Shown here: one piece after another, positions 56,316 to 64,000 of the stretch
How positions within the stretch are numbered: position 1 is the first letter of the stretch
Layout of the letters: every line of letters begins with the position of its first letter
Assembly: GCA_965216875.1 (NCBI GenBank)
Contig: OZ244207.1
Span: 5,760,001 to 5,824,000, forward strand
Origin: Rubripirellula sp.
GTDB lineage: Bacteria; Planctomycetota; Planctomycetia; Pirellulales; Pirellulaceae
DNA: 64,000 bases
Reading direction: 5' to 3'
Notes under the pieces: model-generated
The model's database searches: none
Told to the model about the DNA's origin: nothing
What the model saw: only the letters and a program-made list of their open reading frames with translations
Program-made: the position numbers and the translations under genes

Positions 56316-58496
56316 ATGTTTTTGCAAACGGCCCGAGGATCTCGGACCCTTTTGCTCGGGGTCGCGGTCGCATGTGCGGTCGCTACAGTCACTAGCTCAA
56401 AACAGACGGCCGATGCCGCCGGTTTGCTTGTCGCCGACGGAGGTTTCGGCGGCGTCCTTGAAATCAAAGAACAAGACGTTCGAGTCACGATCAACAACTC
56501 GATCGCCGTGACTCAAATCGATCAAGTCTTCGTCAACACCGAAAACCGACAGGTCGAAGCCCTTTACACCTTTCCGGTACCACGCGAAGCAAGCGTTTCG
56601 AATTTCAGCATGTGGATCGCTGGTAAAGAAATGATCGGCGAAGTCGTCGAAAAAGAACGTGCACGCGAAATCTACAACAGCTACAAGCAGCAACGCCGTG
56701 ACCCAGGGTTGCTTGAGCAAGTTGATTTCAAACAATTCGAAATGCGCATCTTTCCAATTCCGGCCGGCGCCGAACAGCGGATTCGAATCGAGTACTACCA
56801 AGAGTTGAACGTTGACCATGACTGGGCAACGTACGTCTATCCGCTTGCAACCCAAGTTGGCGGCAAACCGATCGACACGAAAGTTCGGGGTCGCTTCTCG
56901 ATGAACCTGGATGTGAAAAGCGAAGTCCCTATCAAAGAACTTCGCAGTGAGTCGCACGCGGACGACTTTGTCGTTGTCAATCATCACCCCGAATACGCCC
57001 AAGCCGCAATGGAGTTGACTGAAGGCGACCTTTCGCGTGATATCGTCATCGCCTTCCAAACCAAGCGACCTCGCACTGGCTTGGATGTTGTCACGAGTCG
57101 CCCGAAAGGCGAAGCCGGCTACTTCATGATGACGCTCACACCGGGCGAAGACCTTAGCAGCACATCGGAACCGATGGACTACGTCTTTCTGTTGGACATT
57201 TCCGGGAGCATGGCTCGGGACGACAAGTTGCAAATCAGTCGTAAGAGTGTCGTCGCTTTTGTTGAATCGCTTGGTCCCGAAGACCGTTTCGATTGCCTGG
57301 CGTTCAACCTGACACCGACGCCACTGTTCCAAGAAATGCGGTCGGCCAGTGAGATGAATGTCGATGAGGCTCGCGAATTCTTCCGAACTCAACGTGCGCG
57401 TGGTGGAACAGTGTTGCAACCTGCCCTGTCCGCCGCCTACGCCTATCGCGACGATGATCGACCGCTCAACGTCATCTTGCTGAGCGACGGGATGACCGAA
57501 GCAGGCGAAAACGAAGAACTCTTGCAATTGATTCAGTCGCGTCCCGATGGCGTGCGAGTTTTTTGCATCGGCGTTGGCAACGAAGTCAATCGACCATTAC
57601 TCAGCCAAATGGCGAACCAAGCTGGCGGACTGGCTGCGTTTGTTTCGACCGAGGACAGTTTCGCTCGCCAAGCCTCTTTGATGCGTCAAAAACTCGTTCG
57701 ACCGGCGATCGAAGACGTTTCGCTCTCGTTTGAAGGAAACCAAATCGGCGAAGTCGAACCAACCGAACTGGGCGACCTGTTTTACGGCACACCACTGCGT
57801 TTACTCGGTCGTTACGAACAAGGCGGGCCCGTCACTGCGACCCTGCGTGGCAGCGTGCAGGGTTCACCCTGGGAACAAACCGTCGATGTCCAGCTTGCCA
57901 AGACGGACGAAGGCAACAGCGAAATCGAACGCATGTGGGCTCAAAAACGCGTTGCCCGATTATTGGGCGAAGAACGTTCCGGGAAAGCAAAACACCGGGA
58001 TGAGATCGTGCGGTTGTGCGAAGGCTACTCTATCGTTTCGCCTTATGCATCGATGTTGGTCTTAGAGAACGACGGCGAATACAAGCGTTGGAAAATCGAG
58101 CAACGAAACGCGACTCGGATCGCTCGGGATCGTCAGTCGCGTGAGCGAATGCAGTCGAAGCTAACGCAACTGCGTCAGCAAAACCAAGAGTCGTTCGCCG
58201 TCAATCGAGCCAAGAAGCTGACGTCTGCACCAAGCGGCCGCACACCTGCGTCGCCAAGTGTACGCACGACACCGAATCAGGTTGCACCTGCCAATCAATC
58301 GGCTAGTCAGCCTGCCAATCAACGGGCCAATCAACCGGCACCCGGTCGCGGAATCGACTTGGACGTGGGACTGCCAGGCGGCGGTGGCGGAGCAATCGAT
58401 CCGATCACTGCGATGTTGGCACTTGGAACTGCCGGCTCGGCCGCACTGGCTCATCGTCGTCGTAAGACGAAAGCCAAATCGGGTGACGATAAGTAA
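56316..58496 (+). CDS. VIT + vWA domain protein with GlyGly-CTERM sorting signal (rhombosortase target)
   Basis: RBS AGGAG; signal peptide; VIT motifs EALYTFPVP..ASV and DPGLLEQ; MIDAS DISGS...GGT...LSDG; C-terminus PGGGGGAIDPITAMLALGTAGSAALAHRRRK. Confidence 0.88.
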   Translation: MFLQTARGSRTLLLGVAVACAVATVTSSKQTADAAGLLVADGGFGGVLEIKEQDVRVTINNSIAVTQIDQVFVNTENRQVEALYTFPVPREASVSNFSMWIAGKEMIGEVVEKERAREIYNSYKQQRRDPGLLEQVDFKQFEMRIFPIPAGAEQRIRIEYYQELNVDHDWATYVYPLATQVGGKPIDTKVRGRFSMNLDVKSEVPIKELRSESHADDFVVVNHHPEYAQAAMELTEGDLSRDIVIAFQTKRPRTGLDVVTSRPKGEAGYFMMTLTPGEDLSSTSEPMDYVFLLDISGSMARDDKLQISRKSVVAFVESLGPEDRFDCLAFNLTPTPLFQEMRSASEMNVDEAREFFRTQRARGGTVLQPALSAAYAYRDDDRPLNVILLSDGMTEAGENEELLQLIQSRPDGVRVFCIGVGNEVNRPLLSQMANQAGGLAAFVSTEDSFARQASLMRQKLVRPAIEDVSLSFEGNQIGEVEPTELGDLFYGTPLRLLGRYEQGGPVTATLRGSVQGSPWEQTVDVQLAKTDEGNSEIERMWAQKRVARLLGEERSGKAKHRDEIVRLCEGYSIVSPYASMLVLENDGEYKRWKIEQRNATRIARDRQSRERMQSKLTQLRQQNQESFAVNRAKKLTSAPSGRTPASPSVRTTPNQVAPANQSASQPANQRANQPAPGRGIDLDVGLPGGGGGAIDPITAMLALGTAGSAALAHRRRKTKAKSGDDK

Positions 58497-58586
58497 AAGG
58501 TTGACGCGAGAAATTCTTTAGGGGATGGGCTAAAACGCCTGTCCCCGCTCGTGTATTCGATTCCAACATCCCACCGACATCCCACC

Positions 58587-59216
58587 ATGTTTCGCAAATT
58601 GCTCTCGGCACCCGTCACACTCGCCGGTGCCATCGCTGCACTCGGAGTCGCCGCTTCACCATCGCTTGCATCAGCACTTGAACTGAACTTTGAATCGGTA
58701 GCCGATGGCAAGTGGTGGCAACTGATCACCGGTCACTTCACTCATTACGACGGCAACCATCTCTTCTGGGACTTGTTGATGTTCGTCGGGCTCGGATTCG
58801 CGTGCGAGCAAAGACATGGCAAATGGTTTGCTCCTGCCATTCTGGTAACGATGCTGGCGATCGCGGCGGGAATTCGACTGTTTTGTCTTGACATTACGAC
58901 CTACCGCGGGCTCAGTGGACTCGACACTGGATTGTTCGTTTGGTTTGTCGCGGATCAATGCCGAGACCGAATCAAAGAAGCGGACTACAAGGCAATGTTG
59001 TTGTGGCTGGTCCCTTCACTCGGCCTGCTGGGAAAAATGGTTTTCGAAGCAGTGACGGGCCAAACCTTGTTCGTTGATTCATCAGGTTTCGTGCCGCTGG
59101 TCGAATCGCACCTCGCCGGCGCCGTCGCGGGGTTGATCGTGTTTGCAGCATCGGCTTACCGAGCAAGTCACGCGGAATATTCTTGTGAGCCTCTGGTTCG
59201 TAGTACCGAGCTTTAG
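58587..59216 (+). CDS. rrtA: Rhombosortase (GlyGly-CTERM-processing rhomboid protease)
   Basis: WWQLITGHFTH...HLFWDL; YRGLSG (catalytic Ser); ESHLAGA (catalytic His). Lies immediately after a GlyGly-CTERM gene. Start at ATG 58587. Confidence 0.82.
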   Translation: MFRKLLSAPVTLAGAIAALGVAASPSLASALELNFESVADGKWWQLITGHFTHYDGNHLFWDLLMFVGLGFACEQRHGKWFAPAILVTMLAIAAGIRLFCLDITTYRGLSGLDTGLFVWFVADQCRDRIKEADYKAMLLWLVPSLGLLGKMVFEAVTGQTLFVDSSGFVPLVESHLAGAVAGLIVFAASAYRASHAEYSCEPLVRSTEL

Positions 59217-59259
59217 CCGGAATCTTTGGGCTCTTCCGTCTAAAGGTGGGACGACAAAC
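59196..59259 (+). repeat. REP family C copy overlapping the 3' end of the rhombosortase gene
   Basis: GTTCGTAGTACCGAGCTTTAGCCGGAATCTTT is identical over 32 nt to 21678-21709; the right arm is degenerate. Confidence 0.85.
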
Positions 59260-59277
59260 AGGTGGCGCAACCCGAGC

Positions 59278-59283
59278 TATAAT
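59278..59283 (+). promoter_or_regulatory. Candidate sigma70 -10 box for the sulfatase gene
   Basis: Perfect TATAAT about 40 nt upstream of ATG 59324 in GC-rich DNA; no clear -35 box. Confidence 0.35.
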
Positions 59284-59323
59284 CGGGGCCTCCCGAAAAG
59301 CACCCACCACACCGAGACCTTTC

Positions 59324-60694
59324 ATGCCCCATTGCCCCACCCGAACCATTCGGTTCTGCCCTGCCCTATGCACACTCCTGCTTGCCACCTTCTTTGGCCT
59401 CGTTGCCGTCAACACGCAGGTTGCCCAAGCCGACGAATCGGCGCGCCCCAATATCGTCTTGATCATGGCCGACGACTTTGGGTTTGAATGCGTTGGTGCC
59501 AACGGCGGCACATCTTACGAAACACCCGTACTCGATCGATTGGCCTCGGAAGGTGTTCGTTTCGAGCATTGCTATTCTCAGCCGATCTGTACGCCTACTC
59601 GGGTAAAGTTGATGACGGGAATGTACAACGTTCGCAACTATACCGAATTCGGACTGCTCGAAAAAACCCAATCGACGTTTGCCAATTTGCTACGTGACAA
59701 CGGCTACGCAACGTGCATCGTCGGCAAATGGCAGCTCGGCATGGACAAGACGTTGCCCAATCATTTCGGATTCGATGAACATTGCCTTTGGCAACTGCTT
59801 CGACGCCCAAGTCGCTATCCGAGTCCAGGCTTGGAGGTGAACGGCGAACCGATCGACTACATGCCAGGATACGGCCCCGACGTCGTCACCGAATACGCGC
59901 TCGATTTCATCAAACGCAACAGTGACAAACCGTTCATGTTGTACTACCCGATGATCCTGACGCATTGCCCGTTTGAACCGACGCCCGATTCAAAGGATTG
60001 GGATCCCAATAGTAAAGGGTCGCCAACCTACAAAGGTGATGCAAAGTACTTTGGGGACATGGTCAACTACATGGACAAACAGGTTGGCCGCATCCTTGAC
60101 CAACTCGACAAAGTCGGCGTTCGCGAGAACACACTGGTTTTGTTTACCGGTGACAACGGCACGGACAAACCTGTCGTGTCAACGATGCGAGGCCGCGAAG
60201 TCGCCGGCGACAAGGGCTCGACCAAAGATGGCGGAACGCGCGTCCCGCTGATCGCGCACTGGCAAGGCAAAACCGCCACCGGCGTCGTTTGCAATGACAT
60301 GGTCGACTTTAGCGACTTCCTTCCCACGTTATGCGACGCAACGAACACGTCGATTCCCGAAAGTCGCACGGTTGATGGAACAAGTTTCCTGCCACAACTG
60401 CTGGGACAAACCGGCACACCAAGGGATTGGATCTACGTTTGGTACGCAAGAAATGGTGGTCGCAAGGGAAAGGAATTCACCCGCAATCAACGCTACAAAC
60501 TCTATCGTACCGGTAAGTTTTACGACATCGAAAACGATGTACTCGAGAAGAGTCCGCTGGCATTCAAACAGCTCTCCAAGGAACAGAAGCAAACACGGAA
60601 GATGCTGCAAAAGGCGCTTGATCAATACACCGACGCGCGGCCCGAGAAATTTGCCGGTTGGGTGGAACGCAAAAAGAAGGCAAAGAAGAAATAG
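59324..60694 (+). CDS. Sulfatase
   Basis: PNIVLIMADD; ICTPTRVKLMTG; GKWQL; GDNG. Start at ATG 59324 (track 59246). Confidence 0.92.
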   Translation: MPHCPTRTIRFCPALCTLLLATFFGLVAVNTQVAQADESARPNIVLIMADDFGFECVGANGGTSYETPVLDRLASEGVRFEHCYSQPICTPTRVKLMTGMYNVRNYTEFGLLEKTQSTFANLLRDNGYATCIVGKWQLGMDKTLPNHFGFDEHCLWQLLRRPSRYPSPGLEVNGEPIDYMPGYGPDVVTEYALDFIKRNSDKPFMLYYPMILTHCPFEPTPDSKDWDPNSKGSPTYKGDAKYFGDMVNYMDKQVGRILDQLDKVGVRENTLVLFTGDNGTDKPVVSTMRGREVAGDKGSTKDGGTRVPLIAHWQGKTATGVVCNDMVDFSDFLPTLCDATNTSIPESRTVDGTSFLPQLLGQTGTPRDWIYVWYARNGGRKGKEFTRNQRYKLYRTGKFYDIENDVLEKSPLAFKQLSKEQKQTRKMLQKALDQYTDARPEKFAGWVERKKKAKKK

Positions 60695-60730
60695 CAGCGA
60701 TTTGTGTCATGCACTGTTTCAACAGGAATA

Positions 60731-60830
60731 ACCCTCCCACTTGTGGGAGGGTCGGGCGCTAAAGCCCGGGGAGGGCCGTTCGTGGTGCCGCTCTCCGGGC
60801 CTGAGAGCCCGACTCTCCCTAGGGAGAGTG
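60731..60830. repeat. CCCTCCC...GGGAGGG palindrome element between convergent genes
   Basis: ACCCTCCCACTTGTGGGAGGGT hairpin, CGGGC..GCCCG, and a mirrored CTCTCCCTAGGGAGAG arm. Confidence 0.65.
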
Positions 60831-60847
60831 CCAGCCGGATGCATGAC

Positions 60848-62158
60848 CTACTTGATACTGAAGAGATGTTTGTCGCCTCGGATGTAAATCTCGTCGCCGG
60901 CGATCGCGAGTGATGCGTTGACTTTTTCGCCGATGGGGTTGACCGAAATGGGGCGTGGGATTTCGGTGTTGGAAAGCACACGTGTCACCCCGTCCAAATC
61001 GGTAACGTAAACGTGCCCTCCAGCGCCCACGGGCGATGCATAGATATTGCCGAGTGCGCCCAACCGGATCGCACCAGGCGCAGCGTGCCCCGTCGTTGCT
61101 TCGACGCGAGAGAGAACGTTTTGGTAATGCGCCAAATAGTACAGCGCGCCCTCGTAGAGCAGCGGCGAGGGAACATAGGGCGTTCCGCGTTTGGTCAACC
61201 AAAGAACGTGTTTGGTCTCCGTCAGGTCGCCTTTCGCACCGCGCAAGTCGATCGCCATCAGCGCCCGTTTTTCATAGCTACTTCCAACGTAGACGATGCC
61301 GTCCTTGTAGATCGGTGTCGCAACCACATTGGCCGACAAACCGCCACATTCCCAGATCACTTCGCCGCTTTCGAGATCGTATCCGCGAACTCGCTGCGTT
61401 CCGCACACGATCGCCTGCGGCCTGCCTTCGTGATCGGCGATGATGGGAGAACTCCATGACGTGACCTCATCACGTGACTTCCGCCACAACGGTTTGCCGG
61501 TCGCCTTATCGAGGGCAACGATGAATGAATCTTCTTCGTGATCCCAGTTGACGAGAATCACGTCGCCGAAAAGAGCGGGTGAACTTCCTTCGCCATGCCC
61601 GTGTTTGCTGTGCATCTTGCCGAGTTGCTTGCTCCAGATCACGTCGCCATCGAGACCGAGGCAGTAGAGTCCAAACGAACCGAAAAAGGCATAGATGTGC
61701 TCTCCGTCGGTCACAGGTGAGGCGGAGGCCAAGCTTGCGGTGTGGTGGCCACCTTCATGCGGCACCGTCTCGTGAACGGCCTTGTTCCAGACGATCGAGC
61801 CATCCTCGCGATCCAACGCAATGACACTGAATCGATGCTCGCTATCGACAGGCACGTTGTTATGGGCGCCTGGCCGGCCGCTGTATTTGGGTTCCAGCTT
61901 CTCGCCAATCGGCTCGGCGGTCGTCAGGTAGATTCGGTCGCCCCAAACGATCGGTGTACTGTGTCCTCGCCCAGGCAGTGGCGTTTTCCATTGGACGTTC
62001 TCTGTAGCATTCCAAAAGGTCGGCGGCTTGGAATGGGGCGCAACACCCGTACCCAACGGTCCACGCCACTGGGGCCAATTGTCTTCTGCCTCTATCTGCA
62101 AAACAGAGACGCAGAGCATCATCGCGGCAAAAAGTGTTCGCATCGGTGTAGGTCTCAT
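60848..62158 (-). CDS. PQQ-binding-like beta-propeller protein
   Basis: NWPQWRGP; WKTPLPGRGHSTPIVWGD; ASLAIAGDEIYIRG. Confidence 0.88.
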   Translation of the reverse strand: MRPTPMRTLFAAMMLCVSVLQIEAEDNWPQWRGPLGTGVAPHSKPPTFWNATENVQWKTPLPGRGHSTPIVWGDRIYLTTAEPIGEKLEPKYSGRPGAHNNVPVDSEHRFSVIALDREDGSIVWNKAVHETVPHEGGHHTASLASASPVTDGEHIYAFFGSFGLYCLGLDGDVIWSKQLGKMHSKHGHGEGSSPALFGDVILVNWDHEEDSFIVALDKATGKPLWRKSRDEVTSWSSPIIADHEGRPQAIVCGTQRVRGYDLESGEVIWECGGLSANVVATPIYKDGIVYVGSSYEKRALMAIDLRGAKGDLTETKHVLWLTKRGTPYVPSPLLYEGALYYLAHYQNVLSRVEATTGHAAPGAIRLGALGNIYASPVGAGGHVYVTDLDGVTRVLSNTEIPRPISVNPIGEKVNASLAIAGDEIYIRGDKHLFSIK

Positions 62159-62197
62159 ATGGGTTGGTCCGAACCAAAGATCACCTTATCAGTTGGA

Positions 62198-64000
62198 GTG
62201 ATCAGCTTCCAAGTCGACGATGGAACGTCGACCGGAAACGACTCGCGCAACGTGTCGGTGACGGCGCAAAATGACGTGCCGGTCATCAGCGGTCTCGATG
62301 GTGACGCACTCAATCACGATGCGGGAACGGGCGCCGATGTGATCGAACAGGGCTCTGACGTCACGGTTGGCGATCTCGACTCGGCCAACTTTGATGGCGG
62401 CAATTTGACTGTCAACATCGTCTCTGGCGGTGACGCTGCCGAAGATGTGCTGTCGATCCGAAACCAAGGAATGGGCGGTGGCCAGATTGGCTTCTCGGGT
62501 GGCAACGTCTTCTTTGGTGGCGTCCAAATTGGCACGGCCACCGGCGGCGCGTCGGGAACGCCTCTCGTCATTTCGCTAAACACCTCTGCCAGCACCATTG
62601 CGACAACGGCGCTAGTTCGCAACATCACCTTCGAAAACACGGATGGTGCAACGCCAACCACAGGTGCACGAACCGTTCGATTCACCCTGAACGATGGCGA
62701 TGGCGGAACCAGCCTCGCTTCGGACGCAACGGTCAACGTTCAAACCACCAACAATCCGCCTGTCGCTGATGCGGGCGGCCCCTACGTCATCAACGAAGGC
62801 TCGAGCTTGCTGCTCAATGCGTCGGCATCGTCGGACCCCGATTTTGATGGCCTGACATACGCGTGGGACCTCGATGGCGACGGAGCGTATGATGACGCGA
62901 CGGGCGTCACGCCAACGGTGACTTGGGCGGCGCTCGGGTTGATGACCAATCCGATTTCCGACGATGGGGTTTACACGGTGTCGGTCCAGGTCGACGACGG
63001 ACGCGGTGGAGTGGTCACCGACTCAGTCGGGCTCACTGTCAACAACGTCGTTCCCACGATCACGTCCTCTGCCGCAGCAAGTGTCGACGAAAACACGACC
63101 GCCGTTCTGACGATCACCACCAGCGAGCCCGTTGACGCGGTGACCTTCTTGATCACTGGCGGTGACGACCAAGCTTTCTTCAACCTTAACCCGACCAGCG
63201 GCGCGTTGACGTTTAGTCCAACCGTCAGCTACGAGGCCTTTGCCGACAATGATGGCGACAACGTCTTTGAAGTCCAAGTCTCGACCAGCGATGGCGACGG
63301 TGGCTTTGACGCGCAAACGATCCTGGTGACGCTGGACGATGTCAACGAAGCGCCGACGGCCATCACCCTTTCCAACAACACAGTCAACGAGAACGCCGTC
63401 GCTGCGGTCATTGGCACAGTCGCAGCGGTCGACCCCGACTTGGTTGACTCTCACACCTTCTCCGTTGACGACGCTCGCTTTGAAGTCGTCAGCGGTCAGC
63501 TTCGTTTGCGGGCTGGCCAATCGATCAATCATGAGGTCGAGGACACGGTCACCGTCACGATTACGGCAACGGACCAATCGGGAGGCGGCCTCACGTTTAA
63601 CGACAGCTTTGTGATCAGCGTCACGGACGTCAACGAAGCGCCGACCGACATCACGTTGTCCGGCTTGACCGTTGCCGAAAACAACATCGCGGCCGTGATT
63701 GGGACGCTTGGTGTAAGCGATGTCGACGACGGCGACACACACACATGGTCGGTTGATGACGCAAGGTTCGAAATTGTGGGCGGACAATTGCGGCTGCGAG
63801 CTGGCCAATCGATCGATCACGAAACCGAACCGACCGTCAATCTGACGATCTCCGCGATCGACCAGGGCGGCGCCGGCCTGACCTACAACGAACCTTTTGT
63901 GATCACGGCGACCGATGTTGACGAGAACCCGGTCGCCTCGGCTGACTCGTTCACTGTGAATAGTGGAGAAACGCTCGTCGTCACCGCCTCAGGCGTCCTT
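62198..64000 (+). CDS. Fragment of a large Ca-binding adhesin (cadherin/PKD/Ig-like repeats); 5' end apparently missing, 3' end off window; not in ORF track
   Basis: Open frame from GTG 62198: VISFQVDDGTSTGNDSRNVSVTAQNDVPVI...; PKD-like NNPPVADAGGPY..SSDPD..YAWDLDGDG; cadherin repeats DVNEAPT at 288-nt spacing (63341, 63629, DVDENP at 63917). Confidence 0.8.
   Translation, partial: MISFQVDDGTSTGNDSRNVSVTAQNDVPVISGLDGDALNHDAGTGADVIEQGSDVTVGDLDSANFDGGNLTVNIVSGGDAAEDVLSIRNQGMGGGQIGFSGGNVFFGGVQIGTATGGASGTPLVISLNTSASTIATTALVRNITFENTDGATPTTGARTVRFTLNDGDGGTSLASDATVNVQTTNNPPVADAGGPYVINEGSSLLLNASASSDPDFDGLTYAWDLDGDGAYDDATGVTPTVTWAALGLMTNPISDDGVYTVSVQVDDGRGGVVTDSVGLTVNNVVPTITSSAAASVDENTTAVLTITTSEPVDAVTFLITGGDDQAFFNLNPTSGALTFSPTVSYEAFADNDGDNVFEVQVSTSDGDGGFDAQTILVTLDDVNEAPTAITLSNNTVNENAVAAVIGTVAAVDPDLVDSHTFSVDDARFEVVSGQLRLRAGQSINHEVEDTVTVTITATDQSGGGLTFNDSFVISVTDVNEAPTDITLSGLTVAENNIAAVIGTLGVSDVDDGDTHTWSVDDARFEIVGGQLRLRAGQSIDHETEPTVNLTISAIDQGGAGLTYNEPFVITATDVDENPVASADSFTVNSGETLVVTASGVL

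Noticed and set aside
56397..57527. 376-aa antisense ORF (also 9797-10672, 36406-37389, 38016-38759, 46422-47210, 49744-50571, 63023-63820)
   Set aside because: Shadow frames opposite well-supported genes in GC-rich DNA, with no motifs of their own.
1..64000. tRNA, rRNA, riboswitch, transposase, integrase or prophage genes
   Set aside because: None recognised by eye. Intergenic structure is explained by REP-like palindromes, though an Infernal/tRNAscan run would be needed to exclude small RNAs.

Overview
This looks like ordinary chromosome from a Planctomycete, most likely Pirellulaceae. The assignment is inferred from DUF1501 and DUF1549/DUF1553 genes, two PVC-type heme-binding CxxCH proteins, a TIGR02996 protein, four sulfatases, three PQQ/BamB-like propellers, three DUF1080 domains and a kinase-linked ECF sigma factor. 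There are about 45 CDSs, mostly exported catabolic or redox enzymes. I saw no rRNA, tRNA, CRISPR array, transposase, integrase or phage gene. Six things stand out. (1) A rhombosortase gene sits directly behind a VIT-vWA protein with a GlyGly-CTERM tail (56316-59216). (2) At least seven REP/REPIN-like palindrome families occupy many intergenic gaps; they form a nested cluster at 45887-46231, and some copies supply the stop codon of the adjacent gene. (3) An ECF sigma, a zinc-finger Ser/Thr kinase, an orphan secretin-N protein and a tandem ferritin-like protein form a co-directional run. (4) A small protein plus nucleotidyltransferase form a toxin-antitoxin-like pair flanked by repeats. (5) Several redox and DUF1080 fusions suggest oxidative (3-keto) glycoside breakdown. 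(6) A large cadherin/PKD adhesin ORF, absent from the ORF track, begins mid-domain at about 62198 and runs off the end of the window. All product calls come from recognising motifs by eye; no database searches were run.
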